Source: Gammaproteobacteria bacterium (GTDB taxonomy: Bacteria; Pseudomonadota; Gammaproteobacteria; SZUA-140). Taken from it: a stretch of DNA of 64,000 bases. Of this stretch, positions 21,024-31,823 are shown in pieces (the stretch's first letter is position 1; every line of letters starts with the position of its first letter). The stretch spans positions 79,428-143,427 of the forward strand of contig JAVEZY010000001.1 of assembly GCA_034002745.1 (NCBI GenBank). The letters are read 5' to 3'. The position numbers and the translations under genes are program-made. Below the pieces are notes generated by a model. It saw only the letters and a program-made list of their open reading frames with translations, did no database searches and had not been told where the DNA came from.

Positions 21024-21658
21024 TTTGCGCTGTCCTCGCGTAGCCTCGCTTGCAGGCGGGCGATCCTGTGCTGCAGTCGATCGGTATCGTTGCGCAGGAT
21101 GTCGACTTCATCGAGGAAGGAGGCGGTGTCATGGCGATCGGCGAGCAGCCGGCTCTCCTCGCGCAGATACTCGCCGAGACCATGGCGCAGCGAGTCCGCG
21201 CCGTCCCCGGCCCAGCGGCGCAGATCCCGTGCGAGATTGCCGAGCTGGTGGGCTAGCACATCGCCGGTCAGGCGTGAGATCTGCTCCTCGAGGTCGATGT
21301 CGAGTTGTCCGAACAGTGCGCGCAGGGCGGTGCCCGCCTGCAGATCGCCCGCGATGTGCATGTCGCCGCGCTGCAGCGCAGCCTGCGCATCGTCGCCGAA
21401 GCCGTGGCGGAGCATCCCCAGCGTCGATCCGCTGATGACGGTGTCCGGAGCTCGCCCCGCGTCGCTGCGCAGGCGGAGCTCGTCGCCATCCACGTCGACA
21501 TAGAAGCGCAGCGACGGCGCCCGCGTGCTGATTTCCACCAGCTTGCCCCGCAGGGGAGCCAGGCGCTTCGCTGCGTCCTCGTCCAGCGACAGCAGGGTGT
21601 TGAGCGAGCGTTCGAGCAGCTTCAGGCCAGTATCCTGCAGGAGCGTTCCGACTTCCAT
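21020..21658 (-). CDS. ubiJ: Ubiquinone biosynthesis accessory factor UbiJ (SCP2 domain)
   Basis: Internal start [23 protein letters not shown]... (ATG 21656-21658). It lies between ubiE and ubiB and overlaps ubiB by 4 nt. Confidence 0.75.
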   Translation of the reverse strand: MEVGTLLQDTGLKLLERSLNTLLSLDEDAAKRLAPLRGKLVEISTRAPSLRFYVDVDGDELRLRSDAGRAPDTVISGSTLGMLRHGFGDDAQAALQRGDMHIAGDLQAGTALRALFGQLDIDLEEQISRLTGDVLAHQLGNLARDLRRWAGDGADSLRHGLGEYLREESRLLADRHDTASFLDEVDILRNDTDRLQHRIARLQARLREDSAK

Positions 21659-21669
21659 GGGGTTGCGAA

Positions 21670-22428
21670 TCAAGCCTTGTAGCCGCGATGGACAGCTACC
21701 ACTCCCGCCGACAGATTGATGTGATCGCAATGGGCATAACCCGCGTCCTCCATCAGCGTCTGCAGCGCGGCCTGGTCGGGATGCATGCGGATCGATTCGG
21801 CGAGATAGCGGTAGCTGCTTTCATCACCCGTGACCACGCGCCCGAGAAGCGGTAGTACGCGGAAGGAATAGATGTCATAGAGTGCCGCCACCGGGCGCGG
21901 GCGGGGGTGCGAAAACTCCAGCACCAGCAGTTTTCCGCCCGGTTTGAGCACGCGCAGGATGGATGCGAGAGCCGCAGCCTTGTCGGTCACATTGCGCAGG
22001 CCAAAGGCCATGGTGACGACATCGAAACTGTCATTGGCGAAGGGCAGGCGTTCGGCATCGGCCTGAACGCAGGCAACGGTGCCGGCGATGCCGCGATCGA
22101 TCAGCCGGTCCCTGCCGATCTCGAGCATGGCGGCATTGATATCGGCGGCGACGACGCGTCCCGAGGCGCCCGCCCGGCGCGCGAGCGCCGCGGTGAGGTC
22201 GCCGGTGCCGGCCGCGAGATCGAGCACGCGCTGTCCCGGGGCGACCGCGGCCAGTTCGATGGCGATGCGTTTCCAGATCCGATGCACGCCGAGCGACATC
22301 AGATCGTTCATCAGATCGTAGCGGTTCGCGACCGAATCGAACACATCGCGTACGCGGCGCGCCTTCTCCTGTACCGGAACCTGCTCGAATCCGAAATGGG
22401 TCGATTGCGGGCGCTGCGGATCTTCCAT
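21670..22428 (-). CDS. ubiE: Demethylmenaquinone / 2-methoxy-6-polyprenyl-1,4-benzoquinol methyltransferase
   Basis: [35 protein letters not shown] and [13 protein letters not shown] motif. Confidence 0.9.
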   Translation of the reverse strand: MEDPQRPQSTHFGFEQVPVQEKARRVRDVFDSVANRYDLMNDLMSLGVHRIWKRIAIELAAVAPGQRVLDLAAGTGDLTAALARRAGASGRVVAADINAAMLEIGRDRLIDRGIAGTVACVQADAERLPFANDSFDVVTMAFGLRNVTDKAAALASILRVLKPGGKLLVLEFSHPRPRPVAALYDIYSFRVLPLLGRVVTGDESSYRYLAESIRMHPDQAALQTLMEDAGYAHCDHINLSAGVVAVHRGYKA

Positions 22429-22436
22429 GGGACGCC

Positions 22437-22808
22437 TCAGGATTCTTGTCCGGCGCGCTCATGGTCGGCACGCCGCAGTTTTTCGAGGTACAGCTCGCGG
22501 TATTCGTCCTGCCGCGCGCCGAGGCGATACAGCAGATCCCAGGTATAGAGGCCGGTGCTGTGGCCGTCATCGAACACCAGCTTGACGGCATAGTTGCCTA
22601 TCGGCTCGATGGCGACGATGTTCACGTTTTCCTTGCCGATCTGCAGCACTTCCTGGCCGGGCCCATGTCCACGCACCTCGGCCGACGGCGACCACACGCG
22701 CAGCAGTTCGCATGGAATGCTGAAGCGCGCGCCGTCATCGAACGCCACTTCCAGCACGCGCGAGCGCTGATGGAGCCGGATTTCCGTCGGAATGGCCTGA
22801 GCGCTCAT
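22437..22808 (-). CDS. DUF971 domain protein (gamma-butyrobetaine hydroxylase-like N-terminal domain)
   Basis: Internal start [12 protein letters not shown]...; the conserved DUF971 pattern (VAFDDG...[16 protein letters not shown]...[21 protein letters not shown]). Confidence 0.65.
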   Translation of the reverse strand: MSAQAIPTEIRLHQRSRVLEVAFDDGARFSIPCELLRVWSPSAEVRGHGPGQEVLQIGKENVNIVAIEPIGNYAVKLVFDDGHSTGLYTWDLLYRLGARQDEYRELYLEKLRRADHERAGQES

Positions 22809-22809
22809 G

Positions 22810-24135
22810 TCACAGTATGTAACGGCTGAGATCTTCATTTTCGACCAGGGCATCGAGATAGCGATCGACATAGACCGCGTCGATGGTGATCGTCTGGCCG
22901 CCGCGGTCGGATGCCTCGAAGGACAGCGTCTCCATGACCCGCTCCATCACTGTATGCAATCGCCGCGCGCCGATATTCTCGGTGCGTTCGTTGACCTGCC
23001 AGGCGATCTCGGCGAGGCGCGCGATCCCGTCGTCGGTGAAGTCGATGGTGAGGTTCTCGGTCGCCATCAGGGCCCTGTACTGCTCGGTGAGCGAGGCATC
23101 CGGCTCGGTGAGGATGCGGACGAAATCTTCGGCGGTGAGCGCGTTGAGCTCCACGCGGATGGGCAGGCGGCCCTGCAGTTCCGGAATGAGATCCGAAGGC
23201 TTGCTGAGGTGAAACGCGCCCGAGGCGATGAACAGGATGTGATCGGTGCGGATGGTGCCGAGCTTGGTGCTGACCGTGGAGCCTTCGACCAGCGGCAACA
23301 GGTCGCGCTGTACGCCTTCCCGCGAAATATCCGGACCATGCCCGGCATCGGAGCGGCGCGCGATCTTGTCGATCTCGTCGATGAATACGATCCCGTTCTG
23401 CTCCGCGTTCTCAAGCGCACGGGTCTTGATCTCGTCCTCGTTGACCAGGCGGGCGGCCTCTTCGTCGGTGAGCAGACGGAAGGCTTCGCGGATCGGCAGG
23501 CGCCGCCGCTTGGTCTGCTGGCCGCCGAAGTTGCGGAACAGGTTCTGGAGCTGGCTGCTCATCTCCTCCATGCCGGGCGGCGCCATGATCTCCACTCCGG
23601 CGGGCGCCACGCTCACCTCGATCTCGATCTCGGTATCGTCGAGCTGGCCTTCACGCAGTTTCTTGCGGAACTTCTGTCGCGTCGCGCTGGCATCGTCGCC
23701 GCGCGCCTCGCCGCCCCGAGGCGGCGGCAGGAGGATGTCGAGGATGCGATCCTCGGCCAGATCCTCGGCGCGCCGCCGCACCCGCGCGGTTTCCTGCTCG
23801 CGCGTCATCTTGAGGGACATATCGGCCAGATCGCGGACGATCGACTCAACATCGCGGCCGACATATCCGACCTCGGTGAACTTGCTGGCCTCCACCTTGA
23901 CGAAGGGCGCGTTCACCAGCCGGGCGATGCGGCGGGCGATCTCGGTCTTGCCCACGCCGGTGGGCCCGATCATGAGGATGTTCTTGGGGGTGATCTCGTT
24001 GCGCATGTCACCGGATACCTGCATCCGGCGCCAGCGGTTGCGCAGCGCGATGGCGACCGCGCGCTTGGCGGCCTGCTGCCCGACGATGTGCTTGTCGAGC
24101 TCCTGGACGATCTCTCTGGGCGTCATCTCGGACAT
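22810..24135 (-). CDS. hslU: ATP-dependent protease ATPase subunit HslU
   Basis: [37 protein letters not shown]... is near-identical in pattern to E. coli HslU, with the Walker A motif [13 protein letters not shown]. Confidence 0.95.
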   Translation of the reverse strand: MSEMTPREIVQELDKHIVGQQAAKRAVAIALRNRWRRMQVSGDMRNEITPKNILMIGPTGVGKTEIARRIARLVNAPFVKVEASKFTEVGYVGRDVESIVRDLADMSLKMTREQETARVRRRAEDLAEDRILDILLPPPRGGEARGDDASATRQKFRKKLREGQLDDTEIEIEVSVAPAGVEIMAPPGMEEMSSQLQNLFRNFGGQQTKRRRLPIREAFRLLTDEEAARLVNEDEIKTRALENAEQNGIVFIDEIDKIARRSDAGHGPDISREGVQRDLLPLVEGSTVSTKLGTIRTDHILFIASGAFHLSKPSDLIPELQGRLPIRVELNALTAEDFVRILTEPDASLTEQYRALMATENLTIDFTDDGIARLAEIAWQVNERTENIGARRLHTVMERVMETLSFEASDRGGQTITIDAVYVDRYLDALVENEDLSRYIL

Positions 24136-24692
24136 CAGACCTCCACCGTCCCGTCAGCCGGAAGCTCTTCGATCGCCAGCGTGTGATTGGTGTAGATGCA
24201 GATGTCGGCGGCGATTGCCAGGCCGCGTTCCACGATCGCGCGCGGCGGCAGATCCGTATTCTCGATCAGCGCCCTGGCGGCGGCGATCGCGAAGGCGCCG
24301 CCGGAGCCGATCGCCATCACCGGGTGCTCGGGTTCGATGACGTCACCGTTGCCGGAAATGATCAGCGAGGCGTTGAGATCCGCGACCACCAGCAGGGCTT
24401 CGAGGCGGCGGAGCATGCGGTCGGTGCGCCAGTCCTTGGCGAGTTCGACGGCGGAGCGGACGAGGTTGCCGGAATGCTTCTCCAGCTTGCCCTCGAAGCG
24501 CTCGAAGAGCGTAAATGCGTCTGCCGTGCCGCCGGCGAAACCTGCCAGTACCTTGCCGTCGTAGAGACGGCGCACCTTGCGCGCGTTGGCCTTCATGACC
24601 GTGTTGCCGAGCGAGACCTGCCCGTCGCCACCGATGGCGACCCGGCCATTGCGTCTCACCGACAGGATGGTGGTTCCCCGGAACTGCTCCAA
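24135..24692 (-). CDS. hslV: ATP-dependent protease subunit HslV, with a probable TTG start and a 6-residue N-terminal propeptide (MEQFRG) before the catalytic TT
   Basis: The conserved HslV sequence begins at [36 protein letters not shown]. There is no ATG or GTG between the xerC stop and Thr; a TTG (revcomp of caa at 24690-24692) lies 8 nt after GGAG. The stop overlaps the hslU ATG by 1 nt. Confidence 0.85.
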   Translation of the reverse strand: MEQFRGTTILSVRRNGRVAIGGDGQVSLGNTVMKANARKVRRLYDGKVLAGFAGGTADAFTLFERFEGKLEKHSGNLVRSAVELAKDWRTDRMLRRLEALLVVADLNASLIISGNGDVIEPEHPVMAIGSGGAFAIAAARALIENTDLPPRAIVERGLAIAADICIYTNHTLAIEELPADGTVEV

Positions 24693-24756
24693 GTCCTTCT
24701 CTCCGCCTGGATTACCGAACCGATGATTGTACCATCGTCCCTGGCGGACGAGGCGA

Positions 24757-25656
24757 TCAGCCGCGCGGGCGGCGGCGGGCGCGGGGATGAGCCTGGTCGT
24801 AGACCTGGGCCAGATGCTGGAAGTCGAGGTGTGTGTAGATCTGGGTGGTCGACAGATCCGCATGCCCCAGCAGTTCCTGTACCGCGCGCAGGTCGCCCGA
24901 GGATTCCAGCAGGTGCGTCGCGAACGCATGGCGCAGCATGTGAGGGTGGACGTGGGTGTCGATTCCCTGTCGTCTTCCCCAGGCGGCGATCCGCGCCTGG
25001 ACGCTGCGCGCCGACAGCCGTTTTCCGTTCTTCGCCAGGAACAGCGCGCGCTCGCCGGGAGATCGCCGGCCTTCGGCGGTCTGCAGATAGCGCTGCACGG
25101 CGGAACGCGCCGCGGTGCCCACCGGTACGATGCGTGCCCGCGCGCCCTTGCCGGTAACCCGCACCACGCCCTCCTGCAGGTCGACATCCTCGAGGTCGAG
25201 CGACAGCACCTCGGCGAGCCGCAGCCCCGAGGAGTAGATCAGCTCCATCAGCGCCAGGTCGCGCGCGGCGAGAGGATCGGTGGTGTCCGTATCGAGCAGG
25301 CGCGCGGTCTGATCGACGTCGAGTGTCTCGGGCAATCGTCGGCGCACCTGCGGCGACCGCACGCCCAGCGTGGGATTGCGGTCGATGTGTCCGGCATCCA
25401 TGAGCCAGGCGAAGAAGGCGCGCAGGGAGGAAAGCAGGCGCTGCAGGCTGCGCGGGCCGAGCCCCCGGCGATGTTCTGCGGCGATGAAGTCGCGGATCTG
25501 AGGTGCGCCGGGCGCGCTGCACAGGGTGAGGCCGCGCCCGGCGCACCAGGCGCGGAAGCTCTCCAGGTCGCGCAGATACGCCTGACGGGTGCGCGGCGAT
25601 ACGCCGCGCGCATCGAGGTGGGCAGCGAACCGTTCCAGTCCGGCGCCCAGGTCCAT
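24757..25656 (-). CDS. xerC: Tyrosine recombinase XerC
   Basis: 299 aa with the catalytic R..HxxR..Y motifs ([27 protein letters not shown]). In the dapF-yigA-xerC synteny. Confidence 0.9.
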   Translation of the reverse strand: MDLGAGLERFAAHLDARGVSPRTRQAYLRDLESFRAWCAGRGLTLCSAPGAPQIRDFIAAEHRRGLGPRSLQRLLSSLRAFFAWLMDAGHIDRNPTLGVRSPQVRRRLPETLDVDQTARLLDTDTTDPLAARDLALMELIYSSGLRLAEVLSLDLEDVDLQEGVVRVTGKGARARIVPVGTAARSAVQRYLQTAEGRRSPGERALFLAKNGKRLSARSVQARIAAWGRRQGIDTHVHPHMLRHAFATHLLESSGDLRAVQELLGHADLSTTQIYTHLDFQHLAQVYDQAHPRARRRPRG

Positions 25657-25790
25657 CAGAGCCCGTCGCCCCGAAGGACGGGGTTCATTCTGCCGCCCGG
25701 CTTCGTTGATTCATCGCGCTTCTTTCCTTCCGCCTCGCTGGACGAACAATGAATCCGGCGACGAGATGACCCAGGCAGCATGAACAGGCC

Positions 25791-26516
25791 TTAGGCGATC
25801 TGGGGCGCCGTTTCGTGCAGAAATGGCGCTATCCGATGCGCGATCAGTTCCGCCAGATGGTCGAGATAGGCGGTCCCCATTTCGGCGTTGAAGCGATCGG
25901 CGCTATGACTGCCGATGGCCAGGCCACCCAGGCTGCGGCCGCCGGTGATCAGCGGCAGCAGGGCCACCGAACCCACGCTGGCGGCGCTCGCTCCAAACAG
26001 CTCTCCAAGCTGATCGTCGCGCAGGCGGCCACAGACCGGGGATCCGCCTTTCAGCAGGCGCGCCAGTTCGGCGCCCGCCTCGGTGCTCGCAATGCGCTTC
26101 TGCAGGAAGGCGCCGTTCGGCTGCCATTCGGGCAGATCGGCGCCGGTGAGGTAGAGGCAGGCGGCATCGGCGTGGAAATCCGCGCGCAGGCTGTCTTCCA
26201 GGGTGGCGAGCAGTTCATTCAGCGCTTCGGCATCGAGCAGTCGCAGGGTCAGCCGCTGCAGGCGTCCGAGCAGCCGCTCGTTGTCCCGTGCCACTTCGAC
26301 CAGATCCTGCAGCTGGCGGCGGTAGTTGCGGTTCTGCTCGCGCAGCAGCACGATCTGGCGCTCCACCAGCGAAACCGCGCCGTTCGCGGCATGCGGCACG
26401 CTGAGCATGCGCAGCAGCTCGTCGCGACCATGAAAGAAATCGGTGTGGCTGCGCAGGTACTCTTCCACCATTTCGGGGCTCAGCGCAGTCGCGGGTTCCG
26501 TGCTCGTCGTCGTCAT
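25791..26516 (-). CDS. DUF484 family protein (YigA-like)
   Basis: Lies between dapF and xerC, as yigA does in E. coli. GAF-like DUF484 sequence. Confidence 0.75.
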   Translation of the reverse strand: MTTTSTEPATALSPEMVEEYLRSHTDFFHGRDELLRMLSVPHAANGAVSLVERQIVLLREQNRNYRRQLQDLVEVARDNERLLGRLQRLTLRLLDAEALNELLATLEDSLRADFHADAACLYLTGADLPEWQPNGAFLQKRIASTEAGAELARLLKGGSPVCGRLRDDQLGELFGASAASVGSVALLPLITGGRSLGGLAIGSHSADRFNAEMGTAYLDHLAELIAHRIAPFLHETAPQIA

Positions 26517-27355
26517 GGAATAAAGGTTCCTTCAAATACATGAGTGGCCGGTCCGGTCATGCGGACCGTGTGACCTGGCCCGGGCCATTCGACCAGCAGA
26601 CGGCCTCCCGGCAGTTCGACCAGAACACGCTCGTCGAGCAGGCCGGCCCGGCGGCCGGCGGCGACGGCCGCGCAGGCGCCGCTGCCGCAGGCCAGGGTTT
26701 CGCCCGCGCCGCGTTCGTAGACACGGAGGCGGGCGTTGAGCCTGTCCTGAATCTCCAGGAAGCCGACGTTCACGCCGCGAGGAAAGGCCGGATGGCTCCC
26801 GACCGCGCGACCGAGCGTTGCCACCGGGGCCTGCTCGACATCGTCCACCGGAATGACGGCGTGGGGATTGCCCATCGACACCAGGTGCATCCGCACCCGT
26901 TCTCCATCCACATCGAGTTCATGGATCGGACCGGCGCCCGAGGCGGCATAGGGCAGCGCTGCGGGATCGAAATCCGGTTCGCCCATTTGCACCGCGACGA
27001 GATTGCCATCCGTGACCGCGGCATGCAGCAGGCCGGTACCGGTCTCGAGCGCCAGTTCCGTCTTGTCGGTGAGACCGTGCATGCGTACGAACTGGACGAA
27101 GCAGCGGGCGCCATTGCCGCACTGCTCGGCCTCGCTGCCGTCGGCGTTGAAGATCCGGTAACGGAAATCGGCATCGGTGCGCGCGGCCGGCTCCACCAGC
27201 AGCAGCTGATCGAAGCCGATACCGGTATGCCGGTCGGCGAGTCGCCGCACCAGTGCCGGGGTCGGCAGGAAGGCCTGCCGGACCGCATCGATCACGACGA
27301 AGTCGTTGCCCAGCCCATGCATCTTGCTGAAGCGAATGGCGCCGTCTGCCGTCAC
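26513..27355 (-). CDS. dapF: Diaminopimelate epimerase
   Basis: FSKMHGLGNDFVVIDAV and the catalytic Cys motifs (CGNGARC, ACGSGACA). The track ORF starts at TTG 27391. No ATG precedes the conserved FSKMHG, so a GTG at 27353-27355 (MTADGAIRFSKMHG, preceded by GGGGAGAGG) is proposed. The start is uncertain. Confidence 0.85.
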   Translation of the reverse strand: MTADGAIRFSKMHGLGNDFVVIDAVRQAFLPTPALVRRLADRHTGIGFDQLLLVEPAARTDADFRYRIFNADGSEAEQCGNGARCFVQFVRMHGLTDKTELALETGTGLLHAAVTDGNLVAVQMGEPDFDPAALPYAASGAGPIHELDVDGERVRMHLVSMGNPHAVIPVDDVEQAPVATLGRAVGSHPAFPRGVNVGFLEIQDRLNARLRVYERGAGETLACGSGACAAVAAGRRAGLLDERVLVELPGGRLLVEWPGPGHTVRMTGPATHVFEGTFIP

Positions 27356-27520
27356 GATCCTCTCCCCCGCGCTTTTCCCGGAGTATAGCAAGGCGGCGGT
27401 CGGCGGTCAGTCATTGCAGATGGTTGGCCGGGGAGGGGGCGTTCCCGCATGTCGCCGGATCAGGGCGCATCGAATCGCGGAAACCACGATGGCGGAAGCA
27501 CTACCGTTCCGTTCGGATTC

Positions 27521-28459
27521 TCACCCCTGGGTCCGGTTGCGCTCGTCCGGCGTCTCCGGCTCCAGCTTCCGCCGCGCGGCGGCGATCTGGGCCCTGCGTT
27601 CCTCGCTCACGCCCGGATAGCTCAGGTCCAGTTGCGACATCGTGTCGACGATGATGCGCGATACGATCAGCCGGGAGTTGCGCTTGTCGTCGGCGGGGAT
27701 GACGAACCAGGGGGAATCCGCACTGGTGGTGGCCTGGATGCACTCCTCATAGGCAATCATGTAGTCATCCCAGGCTTCGCGTTGCATCATGTCCGCCGGA
27801 GAGAATTTCCAGTGCTTGTCTGGATCCTCGATGCGCGCGAGGAAGCGTTTGCGCTGTTCCTCGCGCGACAGATGAAGGAAGAACTTGATGATGCGCGTGC
27901 CATTGCGATGCAGGTGTGCCTCGGAGGCCGCGATCGAGCGGTAGCGGCCCTGCCACAGATCCTCGGTGCTCAGTGCCGAGGGCGGCAGCTTCTGGGCATG
28001 AAGGATCTCCGGTCGCACGCGCACGATCAATACTTCCTCGTAGTAGGAGCGGTTGAAGATGCCGATGCGCCCGCGCTCCGGCAGTGCGCGATGCGTGCGC
28101 CACAGAAAGTCGTGGTCGAGTTCCTCGGCGCTGGGATGCTTGAAGCTGTGCACCTGGCAACCCTGCGGATTGACGCCAGACATCACATGGCGGATGGCGC
28201 CATCCTTGCCCGCCGCGTCCATGGCCTGGAAGATCAGCAGCAGCGCATAGCGGTCGTGGGCATAGAGCAGTTGCTGCAGCCGGCTGAGCTCGCGCGTGCC
28301 GTCGGCGAGCAGCTTCTCGTAGTCCTTCTTCGATTCGTAGAGCGGTGCGATGCTCGTCGGCCGCTGCCCGAGTCGCAGTGGCTCAGTTGGTTCGACGCGG
28401 AACGCGTTCGTATCGACATCGACCAGCGCGCTTGTGGATGGGTGTTTCCTTTCGCTCAT
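27521..28459 (-). CDS. ppk2: Polyphosphate kinase 2 family protein (polyphosphate:nucleotide phosphotransferase)
   Basis: 312 aa with the PPK2 Walker A-like motif [10 protein letters not shown] and lid motifs. Single-domain class. Confidence 0.85.
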   Translation of the reverse strand: MSERKHPSTSALVDVDTNAFRVEPTEPLRLGQRPTSIAPLYESKKDYEKLLADGTRELSRLQQLLYAHDRYALLLIFQAMDAAGKDGAIRHVMSGVNPQGCQVHSFKHPSAEELDHDFLWRTHRALPERGRIGIFNRSYYEEVLIVRVRPEILHAQKLPPSALSTEDLWQGRYRSIAASEAHLHRNGTRIIKFFLHLSREEQRKRFLARIEDPDKHWKFSPADMMQREAWDDYMIAYEECIQATTSADSPWFVIPADDKRNSRLIVSRIIVDTMSQLDLSYPGVSEERRAQIAAARRKLEPETPDERNRTQG

Positions 28460-28537
28460 GAAAGCCTCCTCGCAAGGCAGGGCGGGTGATCCGCCCGGGA
28501 TGCCTGGCCTGCAGCTCGGAAAAACGCAGCGATGGTA

Positions 28538-29101
28538 TCAATCCCTGTATGTGATCCGCACCGGCATGCGGCCCAGCCGCTGGTGAAAGCGACGCTCGCC
28601 GAGCAGGGGCCACCAGTCATAGAGGAACATTTCCAGTGGTCGCCACATGGCGACCCAGCCACCGATCATCAGGCTTTCGCGGAACACCGTGGCCAGGGTG
28701 CCTTCGCCCAGCAGTCGCATCACGGAGGCCGAACCGACCAGGGCCGCGACCAGGAAAGTGATGCCGATTGCCAGGCTGATCCAGCCGCGGCGCAGCAGCA
28801 TGCGCAACTTGAGTCGCGCCAGCTCCGCCTGGCGGAAGAAGTGCGCGTGGATGGCATCGCCGACGATGCGCTCTTCCTCCGGCGGTGCGGCCGACTGGTC
28901 GACATGCAGTACCAGCGTCAGCGGGATTCTCGCGGGCAGCTCTCTCGCGCTGCCGACAATGTATTCTTCGGCGGTAGGATGCAGGTCCTTGCTGTGGAAC
29001 GGCGATGGATCCATGGCATCGAAAAGCTTGCGCAGCTCCTGGATGCGCACTTCGATGATGCCGCGCTTCTTCGGGCCTCCATCATCGATACTGGTTTCCA
29101 T
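28538..29101 (-). CDS. Hypothetical membrane protein (soluble N-terminal half plus two C-terminal TM helices)
   Basis: 187-aa ORF with a good GAGG RBS upstream of the ATG and GC3-rich codons. No family recognised. C-terminal WISLAIGITFLVAALVGSASV and MIGGWVAMWRPLEMFLYDWWPLL are hydrophobic. Confidence 0.5.
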   Translation of the reverse strand: METSIDDGGPKKRGIIEVRIQELRKLFDAMDPSPFHSKDLHPTAEEYIVGSARELPARIPLTLVLHVDQSAAPPEEERIVGDAIHAHFFRQAELARLKLRMLLRRGWISLAIGITFLVAALVGSASVMRLLGEGTLATVFRESLMIGGWVAMWRPLEMFLYDWWPLLGERRFHQRLGRMPVRITYRD

Positions 29102-29137
29102 CGCCTTTACCTCGCGTCATGCACCGATATGGAGCGG

Positions 29138-29275
29138 TCAGCCCGCAGTGAGACTTCCGAAAACGATCCCGAAGAGCGCGGTCAGTATGAGACCGATGAA
29201 GCTGAGGATGATCACAGCGGGAATGCAGGCGATGGCGAGCTCGATCAGGAAAAGCACCATGGTCTCGAACGTCAT
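29138..29275 (-). CDS. Putative small membrane protein (45 aa), not in the ORF track
   Basis: Hand translation gives MTFETMVLFLIELAIACIPAVIILSFIGLILTALFGIVFGSLTAG*, with GC3-rich codon usage and hydrophobic residues. It ends 36 nt upstream of the 187-aa membrane protein on the same strand. There is no clear SD. Confidence 0.3.
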   Translation of the reverse strand: MTFETMVLFLIELAIACIPAVIILSFIGLILTALFGIVFGSLTAG

Positions 29276-29325
29276 GTCGAAAAATCAACGACGACGACTT
29301 CCTGGTGCCGCTCCATTGCGCCTTC

Positions 29326-30801
29326 CTATTCCTCGCCGAAAATCCCCAGTCCCTCCCAGATCTCGTCCACTCTGCGTTTGACGGTCTCATCCATCTCGAT
29401 CGGCGTTCCCCATTCGCGGCTGGTCTCGCCCTGCCACTTGTTGGTGGCGTCGAAGCCGACCTTGGAGCCCAGGCCCGAGACCGGCGAGGCGAAGTCGAGA
29501 TAGTCGATCGGCGTGTTGTCGATGAAGACCATGTCGCGGCGCGGGTCCATGCGCGTGGTCATGGCCCAGACCACGCTCTTCCAGTCGCGCACGTCGACAT
29601 CGTCGTCGACCACGATGACGAACTTCGTATACATGAACTGGCGCAGGAAGGACCAGATCCCGAGCATCACGCGCTTGGCGTGGCCGGGATACTGCTTGCG
29701 GATGCTGACGCAGGCGAGGCGATAGGAGCAGCCTTCGGGCGGCAGGTAGAAGTCGACGATCTCGGGGAACTGCTTCTGCAGGATCGGTACGAAGACTTCA
29801 TTGAGCGCAACGCCGAGCACCGCGGGCTCGTCCGGCGGGCGACCGGTATAGGTGCTGTGGTAGATTGGATCGTCGCGATGAGTGACGCGGTCGATGGTGA
29901 AGACCGGGAAGCGATCCACTTCGTTGTAATAGCCGGTATGGTCGCCGAAGGGACCTTCATCGGCCATGTCGCCGGGCGCGATGTGGCCTTCGAGCACGAT
30001 CTCGGCGCTCGCCGGGACAGTGAGATCGCTGCCGATGCACTTCGTCACTTCGGTCTTGCCGCCGCGCAGCAGGCCGGCGAAGGCGTACTCCGACAGCGCG
30101 TCCGGCACCGGCGTCACCGCGCCGAGAATGGTGGCCGGGTCGGCGCCGAGCGCGACGGCGACGGGGAACGGCTTACCCGGATGTGTCCGTTGCCAGTCGC
30201 GGAAATCAAGCGCTCCGCCGCGGTGCGCGAGCCAGCGCATGATGACGCGGTTGCGGCCGATCACCTGCTGCCGATAGATGCCGAGGTTCTGTCGCGGCTT
30301 GTGCGGTCCGCGCGTCACCACCAGCGCCCAGGTGATGAGCGGTCCGGCGTCGCCGGGCCAGCAGGTCTGGATCGGCAGGCGCGAGAGGTCGACATCGTCG
30401 CCTTCGATCACGTTGCGCTGGCAGGGTGCGCGATCCACCGTCCTCGGGTTCATGTTCAGCACCTGCTTCAGCACCGGCCACTTGTCCCAGGCATCACGCA
30501 GGCCGGCGGGTGGCTCCGGCTCCTTCAGATAGGCGAGCAGCTTGCCTGTCTCGCGCAGCGCGTCGACAGAGTCGGCCCCCATGCCGAGCGCGACACGTTC
30601 GGGTGTGCCGAAGAGATTGGCGAGTACCGGGATGTCGTGGCCTTTCGGCTTTTCGAACAGCAGCGCCGGTCCGCCGCGACGCAGGGTGCGATCGCAGATC
30701 TCGGTCATTTCGAGCCGCGGATCGATCTCGGTGCCGATGCGTCGCAGTTCGCCGCGTGCCTCGAGGGCGGCAATGAAATCGCGCAGGTCGCGGTACTTCA
30801 T
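29326..30801 (-). CDS. ubiD: 4-hydroxy-3-polyprenylbenzoate decarboxylase
   Basis: Internal start [22 protein letters not shown]... (ATG 30799-30801, preceded by GGAGG). UbiD family, 491 aa. The track ORF has a spurious 114-aa N-terminal extension that overlaps xthA. Confidence 0.9.
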   Translation of the reverse strand: MKYRDLRDFIAALEARGELRRIGTEIDPRLEMTEICDRTLRRGGPALLFEKPKGHDIPVLANLFGTPERVALGMGADSVDALRETGKLLAYLKEPEPPAGLRDAWDKWPVLKQVLNMNPRTVDRAPCQRNVIEGDDVDLSRLPIQTCWPGDAGPLITWALVVTRGPHKPRQNLGIYRQQVIGRNRVIMRWLAHRGGALDFRDWQRTHPGKPFPVAVALGADPATILGAVTPVPDALSEYAFAGLLRGGKTEVTKCIGSDLTVPASAEIVLEGHIAPGDMADEGPFGDHTGYYNEVDRFPVFTIDRVTHRDDPIYHSTYTGRPPDEPAVLGVALNEVFVPILQKQFPEIVDFYLPPEGCSYRLACVSIRKQYPGHAKRVMLGIWSFLRQFMYTKFVIVVDDDVDVRDWKSVVWAMTTRMDPRRDMVFIDNTPIDYLDFASPVSGLGSKVGFDATNKWQGETSREWGTPIEMDETVKRRVDEIWEGLGIFGEE

Positions 30802-30835
30802 CGGAGCCTCCGTTCGCTGCCCGGTATGCGCCGCT

Positions 30836-31603
30836 TCACAGGTCGAACTCGGCGACGATCGGAGCGTGATCGGATGGACGCTCGACGCGGCGTGCCTCCA
30901 GGTCGATGGTGCAACCACGGCAGCGTTCGTACAGCGCCGGACTGGCCAGCACATGGTCGATGCGCAGCCCGAGGTTGCGGCGGAAGGCGTTGACGCGATA
31001 GTCCCACCAGGTAAACACCTGCTCTGTCGGATGCTGTTCGCGGAATACGTCGCACAGGCCGGTATCGAGCAGATGTGCGAACGCGGCGCGTTCCGGCTCG
31101 CTGAACAGCACCTTGCCCTCCCAGGCCGCGGGATCGTGGACATCGATGGGGGCGGGCGCGATGTTGAAATCGCCGATGAGGACCAGCCGCGGATAACGCG
31201 CGCGCTGATCCACTACGTATTCGGTCAGGCGTTCCAGCCAGCGCAGCTTGTAGGCGTACTTGTCGGACGTTACCGATTGTCCATTGGGCACGTACAGGTC
31301 GAGCACGCGCAGATCGCCACAGGTGACGCCGATGATGCGGCGCTGTTCGTCCTCGAGACCGGGAATGTCGCGCACCGTGTCGCAGGCCGGTTCACGGCTC
31401 AGCACGGCGACGCCGTTGTAGGTTTTCTGCCCCGCGAATTCGGCGTGGTAGCCGGCGGCGCGAAACTCCTCGACCGGAAACTGCTCGTCCTGCAGCTTGG
31501 TTTCCTGCAGGCCGAGGACGTCGGGAGAATGAGCCTGCAGCCAGTCGAGCACCTGCGGAAGGCGTACGCGCAGGGAATTGACGTTCCAGCTGGCAATCTT
31601 CAT
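30836..31603 (-). CDS. xthA: Exodeoxyribonuclease III
   Basis: Internal start [15 protein letters not shown]...; the EEP-fold catalytic residues ([22 protein letters not shown]). Confidence 0.9.
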   Translation of the reverse strand: MKIASWNVNSLRVRLPQVLDWLQAHSPDVLGLQETKLQDEQFPVEEFRAAGYHAEFAGQKTYNGVAVLSREPACDTVRDIPGLEDEQRRIIGVTCGDLRVLDLYVPNGQSVTSDKYAYKLRWLERLTEYVVDQRARYPRLVLIGDFNIAPAPIDVHDPAAWEGKVLFSEPERAAFAHLLDTGLCDVFREQHPTEQVFTWWDYRVNAFRRNLGLRIDHVLASPALYERCRGCTIDLEARRVERPSDHAPIVAEFDL

Positions 31604-31823
31604 GCGGATGCGTGGATGGAGTTGCGAGGCATGCGGGACGTGATCCTTCGGGTTCGCGGCGCGCATCTGCGTGGCGCCCGGAATTCTCGGGCAGAACGCG
31701 CGCCATTTCTGTTCGCCCGCCGACCCGACCGGGTTATATTACCTGCGCGTACGCGAAAATACATTACTGGCTGCCGGCTCTTCCATCAGAGGCGCGGCAT
31801 GGTCACGACGAAGGACGGAAATC

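Noticed and set aside
19536-21503. 655-aa plus-strand ORF
   Set aside because: It is antisense to ubiB/ubiJ, which are clearly conserved on the minus strand.
22807-24186. 459-aa plus-strand ORF
   Set aside because: It is antisense to hslU.
24693-25187. 5' extension of the hslV reading frame in the track (350-aa ORF)
   Set aside because: The extension runs through xerC in another frame. Conserved HslV begins at the TT dipeptide, so only the TTG-initiated 185-aa product is supported.
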